64,000 nt of DNA from an uncultured Bacteroidales bacterium. Its GTDB lineage: Bacteria; Bacteroidota; Bacteroidia; Bacteroidales; DTU049. The DNA lies in assembly GCA_964388575.1 (NCBI GenBank), contig CAYMAZ010000016.1, positions 929 through 64,928 on the forward strand, written 5' to 3'. Below the pieces are notes generated by a model. It worked only from the letters and a program-made list of their open reading frames with translations. It did no database searches and had not been told where the DNA came from. A program made the translations under genes and the position numbers. This document shows positions 19,695-29,520 of the stretch, piece after piece; the first letter of the stretch is position 1; every line of letters starts with the position of its first letter.

Positions 19695-20831
19695 ATGAAA
19701 AACATGAAAAAATCCTTATTTCTTTTAATTGCATTTATAGCAGTTTCTGTTGTTACGACATCCGGTTGCAAAAAAGATGACGATGATGACGATGATGTTG
19801 TGGTGATTGATCACACAAACTTCAAAGGAGATATCACCGGTGACATTACTCTTGATGCTTCAAAAGTATACAACTTAACAGGCCTTGTGAAAGTTAAGAA
19901 TAATGCAAAACTGACCATACCAGCCGGTACCAGAATAGAAGGAACCGGAGGTACATCAGCGGCCATTATTGTAGAGCAGGGCGGTAAAATTTTTGTAAAC
20001 GGAACAGCAACCAACCCTGTTGTGATGACCTCAGGTCTGGCAACCAAAGCACGTGGCGACTGGGGTGGACTGGTCATCTGCGGAAAAGCATCATGCAACT
20101 CAGGCGGAGGCATGTCAGAAGTTGGCGATGTGCCTTATGGCGGCAATATTGATAATGATAACTCAGGTGTGATCAGATATCTGAGAATTGAATATTCAGG
20201 TGCTGCATTTAACAGTGAAAAAGAATATAACGGACTCTCTCTGTTTGGCGTTGGCAGCGGAACAACCATTGAATATGTTCAGATTTATGAAAACGCAGAC
20301 GACGGCATCGAATTTTACGGAGGAACTGTGAATGCCAGCTATCTGATTGTATCACATGTTGAAGACGATTTGTTCGACTGGACTGAAGGCTGGAGAGGTA
20401 CAGGAAGCCATTGGTATGGGAAGAATGATCAGGGATACGGAAACAGAGGTTTTGAAGCTGACAATTGGGAAACGGACAACAGTGCCTCAACGCTTTCAAA
20501 TCCCACAATCAGCAACATTACACTCATCGGAAGCGGAGATCAGGGCAACGAGCCGCAGGGAATGGAGCTTCGCAGAGGAACGAAGGGGTTTATGGATAAT
20601 GTTGTGCTGAAAGACTGGAAAATTGGTGTCAGAGTTTCAGGAAATGTAAGTGAAGGTTGGACAAATGACGGACAACTGAAGGTCACAAATGTGCAGTTTA
20701 TCAATTGTGCCACAGAAGTAAATGTTGGAGCAGGAGATCCTTCGGCTGTTACTACCAATCCAAATGCTACCGGGGCAGGCAATGGTGACGGCATTCCTTC
20801 ATGGGCACAGGGATGGACAACAGGATTGTAA
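19695..20831 (+). CDS. Lipoprotein partner of the TonB-dependent receptor (beta-helix-like)
   Basis: 378 aa with a lipobox (TTSGC), a poly-Asp linker (KKDDDDDDDVVV), and conserved-looking blocks (GDWGGLVICGKA, IRYLRIEYSG, DDGIEFYGGTV, EDDLFDWTEGW). Confidence 0.7.
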   Translation: MKNMKKSLFLLIAFIAVSVVTTSGCKKDDDDDDDVVVIDHTNFKGDITGDITLDASKVYNLTGLVKVKNNAKLTIPAGTRIEGTGGTSAAIIVEQGGKIFVNGTATNPVVMTSGLATKARGDWGGLVICGKASCNSGGGMSEVGDVPYGGNIDNDNSGVIRYLRIEYSGAAFNSEKEYNGLSLFGVGSGTTIEYVQIYENADDGIEFYGGTVNASYLIVSHVEDDLFDWTEGWRGTGSHWYGKNDQGYGNRGFEADNWETDNSASTLSNPTISNITLIGSGDQGNEPQGMELRRGTKGFMDNVVLKDWKIGVRVSGNVSEGWTNDGQLKVTNVQFINCATEVNVGAGDPSAVTTNPNATGAGNGDGIPSWAQGWTTGL

Positions 20832-20856
20832 TAGTTTTAAACTGAATATTTTGAAG

Positions 20857-20887
20857 AGCTGTCTCAGGTTTTGAGACAGCTTTTTTA
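20857..20887 (+). terminator. Rho-independent terminator
   Basis: A 10-bp perfect stem (agctgtctca at 20857-20866 pairs with tgagacagct at 20872-20881) followed by TTTTTT. Confidence 0.7.
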
Positions 20888-21322
20888 TTCCGGTATTGAA
20901 TAGATTTCAAAATAAACCGTATCAACACTGAATTGTTGCATCAACTTCCGGATCTTTTCATCTGAATAAAACATCTCCATAATCATGTCAAGCATATCCT
21001 GTTCCGACAGATGTCCCAGCACATTGAAGTTTTCATCAAGATGAAAATATTCAGACTGAATGAATGTTTCTTCAACAGTGAGTGTATGCGGGATTGAGTA
21101 TCTGATTTTTCCACTCACACCCAGCTTTTTTTCAACAGCTTCTGCATATGGTTGCCCTGTCAGTTGTCCGAATGTCCCCGGAATGTATCCGTAATCTTCA
21201 TATATGGTACTCATATAATGTAAAACAGCCTGTTCAGCCTTTTGCTGTTCCTGTGATGAAACAGACAATACTGAAATTAAAATAACTGCAAAACATAAAC
21301 TGTGTTTGAGTATGTGAATCAT
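20885..21322 (-). CDS. Hypothetical secreted protein
   Basis: 145 aa with a signal peptide (FAVILISVLSVSSQ). No motif recognised. Confidence 0.5.
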   Translation of the reverse strand: MIHILKHSLCFAVILISVLSVSSQEQQKAEQAVLHYMSTIYEDYGYIPGTFGQLTGQPYAEAVEKKLGVSGKIRYSIPHTLTVEETFIQSEYFHLDENFNVLGHLSEQDMLDMIMEMFYSDEKIRKLMQQFSVDTVYFEIYSIPE

Positions 21323-21418
21323 TTTGTAATTGTTTTTTTAAGAATTTGCAATTTCTCTGCCAGATTTTAAATAATCTGATCATCATTCCAGGAATTGAAA
21401 AAATAAAGCAATGTAAGA

Positions 21419-23521
21419 TTAAAATTTTAACCTGACCTGTGCTTTGATTTCGGATTTAAACCGGCCCTGAATTTCATCAAGCCCGGAACCGATCACCTGC
21501 TTATTATTGTAATAGGTTTGAGCATAGCGAAGCCAAAGGTCAATATTTCGTCCGAGGCTATATTTCACCAGGACATAAGCACGACTTCCCTTGTAATAAT
21601 AGGCCGGGATTGAATAGGCATATAAAACATCATTTTCATAAGCATAAATTCGCTCATCATAGCTGTCAGTGTCAAACATGGCATAACGGACAGATATGGC
21701 CCATGGTGTTTGTTTTGGTCTCCAGGTAACATCCTGATACAGTAGAAATCCGGTTTTCATATTTCCGTCTGTGATATATGTCAGAAACTCAACTCTGTTT
21801 TTCAGCGTAACAGAGGGTGAAACAGCATATTGGGCATGTATTCTGTAGTTGTTTTTTTCAGTTAGAAAAATGTCTTTGATAATACCTTCGGTTCCGTTCA
21901 GATATTTATTTTTCTGCCGGTATCTGAAATAAATCATTGCTGTTCGAGAATGTCTGTATGTGAGCTGAGCGAGCATGTCATGTCCGTTGGATGGCGCATC
22001 AACTCTATAGCGCAACCATGGGAAACTGAATACGTCAACATAACCGTTCAGTGTCCATTTTGGATGCAAACGGCTTTCAATGCCAATATACAGTCCGTGT
22101 TCATTGGCCGTTTTACTTGATTCGGCAAATCCGGAAGCATACAATGACTGGTATTCTTTCTGATAATTGCGGTAATTCAATCCCAGTGAAAGATTTGGGG
22201 CAGGAGTAATAAGCAAGCCCTGAAGGATTGCAAGACCACCGTTATCGCTCCGGGCAATTTCCCCGAATACATTCATATTACGACGAATGTAATTGTAATC
22301 TGCCGAAACCACAAAAAGCTGCTGACCATTGAACTCATACTGATTGTAAGTTGAAAGATTTCGACCAAGGGGATGTTCGTAAGCTGTTAGATACCCTGTT
22401 GCTCCAGCCTGAAATCTGTAAGATTTATATTCAACACGTCCGCCGTATAACTGCTCTGTCAGCACATTTTTCTTTTCCAGTTCTAAGGGAGTTCTATGAA
22501 GACCAGTTGCATTCAGTGAAGTGAAATAAAACTCTTCACTGTCCAGAGTGTCAGAAACAGAAACCAGGTTGGCGTCTCTTGTTTTATAAGAGAAGAAACC
22601 ATAGACTTCAAAATCCCCTAAAGAAAAGGAAGCTGCTGCTCCGCGAAGGAAATTATTTTCCTCTACAGATGTGTAAGGCATTATGCCTCTTGCATTCTTT
22701 TTAATGGTTGAAATTTCTGAAGATTTTCCGAAACCAAGTCCAGTCCATAAGCCTACTCCCTGACCGAAATAGAGATTGTAATCACCTAAAGCAAGTGTTT
22801 TAAAAATGCTGATGTCCTTCATCCAGAAGTGTCCCGAAAAGTAATCGAAGCCCTGTGTTTGTGTCCCCCTGAAAAATTCTTCACCAGGATCTTTTTCTGC
22901 TGTAATGCCGACACTCATGCTGTTGTAGTAGGTATAACGATAACGGGAATAGAGTCTGAAAGGACTTCCGAGATATCTGGAATTCGGACTCGCTGCCAGA
23001 TCTTCTTCACTGATGTCTGAATATCCTTTTTGCTCCTGAAGGATTTGAGAATATCTCACAAAAAGCTGATGCTTTCCGTTTGACAGGATATCTCCGGGGG
23101 TAACTTTCCGTTTTTGAAGATTTGTTGTTACTGTAACAAATGGCAAAATATTTTCAATGGTTTTTTGCGTAAACCCATCAATGGTCTGAAGCTCGTATAT
23201 GGTTGCCAGATTTCCGTATTTTCGGATGTGTTCCAGAAGATTAAAAATTTGTATATCCGTCAGAAAAGGAATTTTTTTCAACTCATCGAATGTTGTTTTG
23301 TTGAGGTTAATCGGATTGTTTTTGAGTCTTTCAAAGAGCTCGGCAAATTCAGTAAAATCTACCTCATCTTCCATAATTTCAGTGATGTTTTCAAAAGTCT
23401 CCTCAAGTGTTTCATTGGTTTTCTGTTCGTCTTCCACCTGTGCTTTCAATGTGTACATGGCCAGGACAAAGAGCAAAGTCAGTATCAGTCTGCAGGTCAA
23501 TATTCCTGAAATGGTTTTCAT
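21419..23521 (-). CDS. Helix-hairpin-helix domain protein fused to a large outer-membrane beta-barrel-like region
   Basis: 700 aa with a signal peptide and a ComEA-like HhH segment (INLNKTTFDELKKIPFLTDIQIFNLLEHIRKYGNLATIYELQTIDGF). About 550 aa of alternating beta-strand pattern follows, ending ...AQVRLKF. Confidence 0.7.
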   Translation of the reverse strand: MKTISGILTCRLILTLLFVLAMYTLKAQVEDEQKTNETLEETFENITEIMEDEVDFTEFAELFERLKNNPINLNKTTFDELKKIPFLTDIQIFNLLEHIRKYGNLATIYELQTIDGFTQKTIENILPFVTVTTNLQKRKVTPGDILSNGKHQLFVRYSQILQEQKGYSDISEEDLAASPNSRYLGSPFRLYSRYRYTYYNSMSVGITAEKDPGEEFFRGTQTQGFDYFSGHFWMKDISIFKTLALGDYNLYFGQGVGLWTGLGFGKSSEISTIKKNARGIMPYTSVEENNFLRGAAASFSLGDFEVYGFFSYKTRDANLVSVSDTLDSEEFYFTSLNATGLHRTPLELEKKNVLTEQLYGGRVEYKSYRFQAGATGYLTAYEHPLGRNLSTYNQYEFNGQQLFVVSADYNYIRRNMNVFGEIARSDNGGLAILQGLLITPAPNLSLGLNYRNYQKEYQSLYASGFAESSKTANEHGLYIGIESRLHPKWTLNGYVDVFSFPWLRYRVDAPSNGHDMLAQLTYRHSRTAMIYFRYRQKNKYLNGTEGIIKDIFLTEKNNYRIHAQYAVSPSVTLKNRVEFLTYITDGNMKTGFLLYQDVTWRPKQTPWAISVRYAMFDTDSYDERIYAYENDVLYAYSIPAYYYKGSRAYVLVKYSLGRNIDLWLRYAQTYYNNKQVIGSGLDEIQGRFKSEIKAQVRLKF

Positions 23522-24348
23522 TTTTCAATTTGATTGAACTTGTATATGATTCCTGTAGAAGGACTGAACCCAAGGTGTTCGTGATATATTCCAGCAAAAT
23601 CCAGTATAAAATTGCTGAAGTTGAGACCAAATCCAAAAGAAAGTCTTGTGGGTTTTGTTGTTGCACCCACTCTGATATTTAGAAATTCCATGATGTTGTA
23701 ATCAACACCAAATTTCAGGGATGGCTTATCTTCCATTGTTTTTTCAATCTCTGCAGCAAACTGAACTTCATCAGAAGCAAAAAATGAAACGCCGGCACCG
23801 AGGATGGTTGTCATTCGTTCATCATTGTAATCTGCAAGTTTAGCCATCACAGGATTGAAGAGATGTGCCCCAAGGATCCATTTTTTACTCAGTTTGTACA
23901 TTGTGCCCACCTCAAATGTGAATGCACCTGTACTTCCGTATACATCACCCAGTTTCAGGTGAAAATAGTCAAGCTGTACTCCACCGCTGAAGTTTTCAGA
24001 GAATTTCATTCCGTATCCGAGTCCAATTTTTGTCTGATTCAGAAGGGAAAAGCCAAATTGTGAAACATTCAGTCCAAACACACCAGCTCCCCTGACAGGC
24101 ATGGCAAAACCTGCATATTTGGTTGCCATTTCTTTCAAAAGGAATTCGTTGTGATAACCAACTCCAAGTGTTGGACTGTCAATAAATGCAAGACCGGCAT
24201 GATTGTTCATGGATGACCAGAAATTCGTGCTTGTGGTGAATACACCTCCCATTCCTGCGCTCACAGCTCCATGACTTTCTGTCTGGGCATATAAAGTGGT
24301 CCCGAACAAAAGACTGAAAATAAAAGGGATAAAAATAACTTTTTTCAT
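23518..24348 (-). CDS. PorV/PorQ-like outer membrane beta-barrel protein (tentative)
   Basis: 276 aa with a signal peptide and the motif SAGMGGV...NNHAGLAF, which resembles the PorV/PorQ N-terminal signature. It has a beta-barrel pattern and overlaps the downstream HhH gene by 4 nt. Confidence 0.55.
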   Translation of the reverse strand: MKKVIFIPFIFSLLFGTTLYAQTESHGAVSAGMGGVFTTSTNFWSSMNNHAGLAFIDSPTLGVGYHNEFLLKEMATKYAGFAMPVRGAGVFGLNVSQFGFSLLNQTKIGLGYGMKFSENFSGGVQLDYFHLKLGDVYGSTGAFTFEVGTMYKLSKKWILGAHLFNPVMAKLADYNDERMTTILGAGVSFFASDEVQFAAEIEKTMEDKPSLKFGVDYNIMEFLNIRVGATTKPTRLSFGFGLNFSNFILDFAGIYHEHLGFSPSTGIIYKFNQIEK

Positions 24349-24410
24349 ATACTGTTTGATGTTCAGTTGGTAACGGTTTTTGTTTGCTGCTCAGGCAGCA
24401 AAATGATTAT

Positions 24411-24914
24411 CTATACTCTGAATTTAAAGGTTTCTTTTGCCAGTTCCTCGTTGGCAGAGATGACCTTTTGTTTCAGTCCGGATTTGAACTTCAGCATTTT
24501 TTCTTCACAAGCAGGATCGGCTGTTGCAAGAATCTGTAAAGCAAGGATTGCTGAATTTTGTGCAGCATTGACACCAACCGTAGCCACCGGAATACCGGGA
24601 GGCATTTGCACAATTGACAACAATGCATCAAGTCCGTCAAAAGATGATCTGATGGGAACACCGATTACAGGCAGATGTGTCAGTGATGCAACAACTCCGG
24701 GAAGATGTGCAGCCATCCCTGCAGCAGCAATGATGACTTTCACGCCTCTTTCGTGGGCAGAAGTTGCAAATTGTTTTACTTCTTCAGGAGTTCGGTGTGC
24801 AGACAGAGCATGTAACTCAAACGGAATTTCATTTTCATTGAAAAAAACTGCAGCAGCCTCCAGAATTTTATAATCAGAAGTGCTGCCCATAATGATACTT
24901 ACCAAAGGCTTCAT
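24411..24914 (-). CDS. purE: 5-(carboxyamino)imidazole ribonucleotide mutase
   Basis: 167 aa with IIMGSTSD, AAGMAAHLPGVVAS, and PVIGVP motifs. Confidence 0.95.
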   Translation of the reverse strand: MKPLVSIIMGSTSDYKILEAAAVFFNENEIPFELHALSAHRTPEEVKQFATSAHERGVKVIIAAAGMAAHLPGVVASLTHLPVIGVPIRSSFDGLDALLSIVQMPPGIPVATVGVNAAQNSAILALQILATADPACEEKMLKFKSGLKQKVISANEELAKETFKFRV

Positions 24915-24997
24915 TGTGTTTTACTTTTTTACAAAAATAGTCAAATTTCTGCCACCTGTTCGATGTTCGTCGAAATTTTGTATTTTTGCTTCTTAAT

Positions 24998-25558
24998 ATG
25001 GCTGCAATGAATACTGACCAATCCATCGTTCAGGTTTCGGATAAACGATTTAAAAACTATATCTCCCATGAAGAAATTTTGCATTCACTTTCTGAAATTG
25101 CGGTCAGGATTAACGCTTACTACAGGGATAAAAATCCTGTTTTTTTGGTTGTTCTCAACGGAGCTTTTATGTTTGCTTCAGATTTGCTAAAATATATTGA
25201 AATTCCCTGCGAAGTTTCATTCATGCGTGTTTCTTCTTATCTTGGCATGGAGTCTACAACTCAGATTACAGAAGTACTCGGACTTGATAACACTTTGAAA
25301 GGAAGACATGTTGTTGTCGTTGAAGATATTGTAGATACAGGACACACCATGGAATATATTCTGAAATCGCTTAATGATAAAGGTGTCCTCAGTATGAGCA
25401 TTGCTACACTTTTGTTCAAGAAAAATAAATTTGAAAAGGATTTTCCAGTTGATTACATCGGGTTTTCAATTCCAAACGATTTTGTCGTTGGATATGGACT
25501 GGACTATAATGGATATGGAAGAAATCTGAAGGATATATATACAGTTATTGATGAATAG
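24998..25558 (+). CDS. hpt: Hypoxanthine phosphoribosyltransferase
   Basis: PRPP-binding motif VVVVEDIVDTGHT and a C-terminal VGYGLDY. The start is set to the ATG at 24998. Confidence 0.9.
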   Translation: MAAMNTDQSIVQVSDKRFKNYISHEEILHSLSEIAVRINAYYRDKNPVFLVVLNGAFMFASDLLKYIEIPCEVSFMRVSSYLGMESTTQITEVLGLDNTLKGRHVVVVEDIVDTGHTMEYILKSLNDKGVLSMSIATLLFKKNKFEKDFPVDYIGFSIPNDFVVGYGLDYNGYGRNLKDIYTVIDE

Positions 25559-25717
25559 ATAAGAAAATTGCAGTGTATAATGAAAAATTGAAAAATGTGA
25601 GTTTATTGAGATGAGAAAAAAATAATTGATCGAATTTTGAAATTGAATGTTAAAGTTTACAGGCTTTTCCAGAGCAATCAAACAAGGGATAAAATTTGAC
25701 ATAAAAAAGCATACAAC

Positions 25718-26890
25718 ATGATAAATATAGCACTATTCGGAGCCCCCGGAGCAGGAAAGGGAACTCAATCAAAGCAGTTGCTTGAAAAATACAAACTTAC
25801 CTATATTTCAACTGGGGATATGCTCCGCCGTGAAATTGCAGAAAAAACAAAACTTGGACTGATGGCCAAAGAAGCCATTGAACAGGGAAAACTTGTTTCT
25901 GATGAGATCATTGTCCAGATCATTGAAGAAAAGATCAAAATGAGCACTGATACCAACGGGTTCCTGTTTGATGGTTTCCCAAGAACAGTCGTCCAGGCAT
26001 ATATTCTTGAGGGACTTTTACTGAAAATGGGAATGTCTTTAACATGTATGATCAGCCTTGAAGTACCACGCGAAGAACTGATTACCCGTATGGTTGCCCG
26101 TGCGGAAAAGGAAAACAGAGCTGACGACAGAAATCTCGAAGTAATCAATCACCGGCTTGTTGAATACGAAAAAAAGACAGTACCTGTTGCTGAATTTTAC
26201 AGGGCACAGAATAAGTTTTTCAATGTGAACGGAATGGGAACAATTGAGGAAATTTTCAGCAGAGTGGATGCAATCATTGAAAAACAACTTGAAAATGTAT
26301 GGTTGAATATTATCCTGTTCGGAGCTCCTGGCGCCGGAAAGGGAACACAGGCAAAAAAACTGGCAAAGGAGTTTAACCTTGTTTATATTTCAACCGGAGA
26401 GCTCATCAGGGAAGAAATTGCAAAAAACACAGAAATGGGGATTCTGGCTCAGCCATTTCTTGAAAAGGGAGACCCTGTGCCAGATGAAATTGCCATAAAA
26501 TTGCTGGAACAGAAAATCAAACAGTCTCACGGGGCAAAAGGCTTTATATTCAAAGGTTTTCCAGGCACTCTTGTACAGGCTTATATTTTGGACGGATTAT
26601 TACAAAAAATGGGATCGCGGGTGTCCTGTGTGTATGAAATAAAGTCGCCCACCTTGCAGTCAATAAAACGTCTCACTGCCAGAGCAAAAACTGAAAGTGC
26701 AAGGGTGTATGACATGGATTTTGATATCATCATACATCGGCTTGAAGTGTTTGATAAGTTTACAAAGCCCGTGCTCGAGTTTTATGAAAAAAGAAATCTG
26801 CTGCAAACATTTGACGGAGTTGGTGATGAAGATTTAATTTTCAACAACATCTCTGAAGCATTAACCAAAGCTTTTAAAAATATCAGATAA
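25718..26890 (+). CDS. adk: Tandem di-domain adenylate kinase (two complete short-LID ADK domains in one polypeptide)
   Basis: 390 aa. Domain 1 (aa 1-190) carries GAPGAGKGTQ, STGDMLR, DGFPRT, and RADD. Domain 2 (aa 195-390) carries GAPGAGKGTQ and STGELIR, but has KGFPGT (Gly283 at 26564-26566 in place of Arg) and RVYD in place of RADD. Confidence 0.85.
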   Translation: MINIALFGAPGAGKGTQSKQLLEKYKLTYISTGDMLRREIAEKTKLGLMAKEAIEQGKLVSDEIIVQIIEEKIKMSTDTNGFLFDGFPRTVVQAYILEGLLLKMGMSLTCMISLEVPREELITRMVARAEKENRADDRNLEVINHRLVEYEKKTVPVAEFYRAQNKFFNVNGMGTIEEIFSRVDAIIEKQLENVWLNIILFGAPGAGKGTQAKKLAKEFNLVYISTGELIREEIAKNTEMGILAQPFLEKGDPVPDEIAIKLLEQKIKQSHGAKGFIFKGFPGTLVQAYILDGLLQKMGSRVSCVYEIKSPTLQSIKRLTARAKTESARVYDMDFDIIIHRLEVFDKFTKPVLEFYEKRNLLQTFDGVGDEDLIFNNISEALTKAFKNIR

Positions 26891-26892
26891 AT

Positions 26893-27483
26893 ATGTTTAA
26901 TATGATAATGTTCGGTCCTCCCGGATCTGGGAAAGGAACACAGTCAAAAATTGTGGCTGAGCATTATAATTTTTTACATCTTTCAACCGGAGATCTGTTC
27001 AGAAAAGAAATTGAAAATAAAACAGCACTTGGGGATATTGTCAAAACATTTATCAATCGGGGATTACTTGTGCCGGATAATATTGTAATGCGTGAATTTT
27101 ACAGATATGCACTCATGCATCAGGATGTTTCCGGAATTGTGTTTGACGGATTTCCCCGAAACCAAACACAGGCAGCAAATCTCGATAAAGTATTTCACAA
27201 AAAGGAACTGAGAATTGCTCTTGTAATTTTTATGAAGGTCAATGATGAAGAACTGATCCAGCGCGTTATGGGCAGGGCTATTGACTCCGGCAGAGCAGAT
27301 GACAACATTGAAGTGATGCAAAAACGGCTTGAAGTATATAAAACCATAACACGTCCTGTTATTGATTATTACAAAGTCACAAGAAGGCTTGTTGAAGTAG
27401 ATGGAATGCGTGATGTGGGAATTGTTGCGGAAGAAATAAGAGAAATTGTGAGTGATTCAATGAAAAGAATGATTGACGATTGA
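26893..27483 (+). CDS. adk: Adenylate kinase (single-domain, short-LID type)
   Basis: 196 aa with GPPGSGKGTQ, STGDLFR, DGFPRN, and GRADD. It starts 3 nt after the di-domain gene. Confidence 0.9.
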   Translation: MFNMIMFGPPGSGKGTQSKIVAEHYNFLHLSTGDLFRKEIENKTALGDIVKTFINRGLLVPDNIVMREFYRYALMHQDVSGIVFDGFPRNQTQAANLDKVFHKKELRIALVIFMKVNDEELIQRVMGRAIDSGRADDNIEVMQKRLEVYKTITRPVIDYYKVTRRLVEVDGMRDVGIVAEEIREIVSDSMKRMIDD

Positions 27484-27678
27484 TGACTATGATAAATTCT
27501 TGAAAATAAATAACAATGAACACATATAAATTTTTGTAAAAAGCATTGAAACATCCCAAAAAATCTGAAAAAACTCAATAATAAAAAGTGAAAGAAAATT
27601 TATTCAGCAATCAAAAATCAACATTCAAAAAGCTGAAATCACAAACAATTCAATAATAATAAAATATAACTTTTCAAT

Positions 27679-28668
27679 ATGTCAAACCCGAACTTTGTAG
27701 ATCATGTGAGGATTTTTTGCCGCTCTGGAAAAGGCGGCGCCGGTTCGGTGCATTTCCACCGTGCAAAATATATTCCAAGAGGAGGTCCTGATGGTGGTAA
27801 CGGCGGAAAAGGCGGCGACATAATCGTTCGGGGCAACAATCAGTTGTGGACTCTGTTGCATCTGCGTTATACCCGCCATGTAACTGCAGATGACGGACAA
27901 AACGGCAGCGGAAATAAAAAAACCGGTGCCGATGGTAAAAATATAATCATAGAGGTTCCTCTCGGCACTGTCGTAAAGGATTCAGAAACCGGTGAATTTC
28001 TACTGGAAGTGCTCCAACACGGTGAAGAAAAAATTCTTTTTCACGGAGGAAGAGGCGGCATGGGGAATGATTTTTTCAAAACTGCAACAAACCAGACTCC
28101 CCGTTTTGCTCAACCCGGAGAAGAAGGTGTTGAAGCTTCTGTCATTTTTGAACTCAAGATCCTTGCCGATGTGGGACTGGTCGGTTTTCCAAATGCCGGA
28201 AAATCGACTTTGCTTTCTGTCATTTCTGCTGCCAAACCCAAAATTGCTGATTATCCGTTTACAACCCTCACGCCCAATCTCGGAATGGTCGAATACAGAG
28301 ATTTCAAATCATTTGTAATGGCCGACATTCCCGGAATCATCGAAGGTGCGCACGAAGGAAAAGGACTCGGACTCCGTTTCCTGCGGCACATTGAAAGAAA
28401 TTCACTATTGTTGTTTATGATACCTGTTGTCTCGGAAAACATCTCAGGAGAATTTAAAATCCTGCAGAAAGAATTGAAAATGTATAACCCCGAACTGGCC
28501 GACAAGGATTATCTCATTGCTATCACAAAATGTGACCTGTTGCCCGCTGATGAACTGAAAAAGCTGAAGAAAAAACTTACAAGACTGAACCCGGTTTTCA
28601 TTTCATCACACACACAAACCGGAATCACAGAACTGAAGGACAAACTCTGGCTGAAATTAAACAATTAA
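27679..28668 (+). CDS. obg: GTPase Obg/CgtA
   Basis: Glycine-rich Obg fold ([25 protein letters not shown]) and G-domain motifs ([22 protein letters not shown]). Confidence 0.95.
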   Translation: MSNPNFVDHVRIFCRSGKGGAGSVHFHRAKYIPRGGPDGGNGGKGGDIIVRGNNQLWTLLHLRYTRHVTADDGQNGSGNKKTGADGKNIIIEVPLGTVVKDSETGEFLLEVLQHGEEKILFHGGRGGMGNDFFKTATNQTPRFAQPGEEGVEASVIFELKILADVGLVGFPNAGKSTLLSVISAAKPKIADYPFTTLTPNLGMVEYRDFKSFVMADIPGIIEGAHEGKGLGLRFLRHIERNSLLLFMIPVVSENISGEFKILQKELKMYNPELADKDYLIAITKCDLLPADELKKLKKKLTRLNPVFISSHTQTGITELKDKLWLKLNN

Positions 28669-28677
28669 TACTTTGAA

Positions 28678-29277
28678 ATGATTGTACTGAACATCATTCA
28701 AACACTGAAAACAGCAGACACAGAATTGCTTCTGGCAATCAACGGTTCACATTCTTCGTTTTTTGATGTCATCATGTACGGCATAAGCAATAAATTTATC
28801 TGGATACCACTCTACGTTTTGCTGATGTATATCTCATTCAGGCTGTATGGAAAAAAAGCGTTTCTGATCATCGGGGGAATGATACTGGCTGTGGTCATTT
28901 CAGATCAGATATCTGTTCATTTGTTTAAAAATGTCTTTCAGCGCTATCGCCCCTGTCACAATATTGATCTGCAGGGAATGCTGCATCTGGTTAATGACAA
29001 ATGCGGCGGGAAGTTCGGTTTCATTTCATCTCATGCCAGCAATACGGCCACCGTTGCCACCATGTCCATCCTGTTTTTTGGAAAAAAATTCAATTGGCTG
29101 ATGGTTGTGGTCATCCTGTATGCATTGCTCAATTCCTATTCAAGAGTTTATCTAGGTGTGCATTATCCATCTGATGTAATTGCCGGGATGGCAGTTGGTG
29201 TTTTTCTGGGCATTGGAACAGGTTCGTTTGTTATCTGGTTGAAAAAATCTTTTACAAAAATTCCTTCAACCGGTTGA
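28678..29277 (+). CDS. PAP2-family phosphatase (membrane-bound)
   Basis: 199 aa with the PAP2 motifs KNVFQRYRP, SSHASN, and SRVYLGVHYPSDV. Confidence 0.85.
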   Translation: MIVLNIIQTLKTADTELLLAINGSHSSFFDVIMYGISNKFIWIPLYVLLMYISFRLYGKKAFLIIGGMILAVVISDQISVHLFKNVFQRYRPCHNIDLQGMLHLVNDKCGGKFGFISSHASNTATVATMSILFFGKKFNWLMVVVILYALLNSYSRVYLGVHYPSDVIAGMAVGVFLGIGTGSFVIWLKKSFTKIPSTG

Positions 29278-29424
29278 CGGAAATCTTAAATCCTGCACCT
29301 TTCATTTTCATGTATTTATGATTTGCCATTTTCTATCTTTTTCTTCCTGCGAATAAGATTTTACAGCATGTAGAATGAGCAATAGAAATATCAGATATTT
29401 TTGATTGTAATGTTCATCGTTCTT

Positions 29425-29520
29425 CTATTTTACTTTCAACACCTCTATCTGCTTCTGCAGGTCAATCACATAAAGTGTAAGCTCTTCAATCTTTTTCAGC
29501 AGGATTTCGTTCATTTTCAC
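29425..29520 (-). CDS. Conserved sORF A (31 aa coiled-coil peptide, VKMNEILLKKIEELTLYVIDLQKQIEVLKVK)
   Basis: It starts (GTG 29520 or ATG 29514) 5 nt after the double stop of the 595-aa cargo gene. A paralogue lies at 32115-32207. The differences between the two copies are mostly synonymous. This ORF is too short to appear in the ORF track. Confidence 0.35.
   Translation of the reverse strand: MKMNEILLKKIEELTLYVIDLQKQIEVLKVK

Noticed and set aside
24386-24404. Hairpin TTGCTGC-TCAG-GCAGCAA as the purE terminator
   Set aside because: No T-run follows it on the minus strand (it is followed by ACAAAAACC), so it is not a convincing intrinsic terminator.
24367-24873. 168-aa plus-strand ORF, and similar long antisense ORFs at 23114-23537, 42430-42999, 58797-59210, and 33020-33535
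   Set aside because: Each lies antisense to, or out of frame within, a confidently identified gene (purE, the HhH barrel, lptB, the flippase-like gene, the S8 protease). Their composition is implausible for real proteins.
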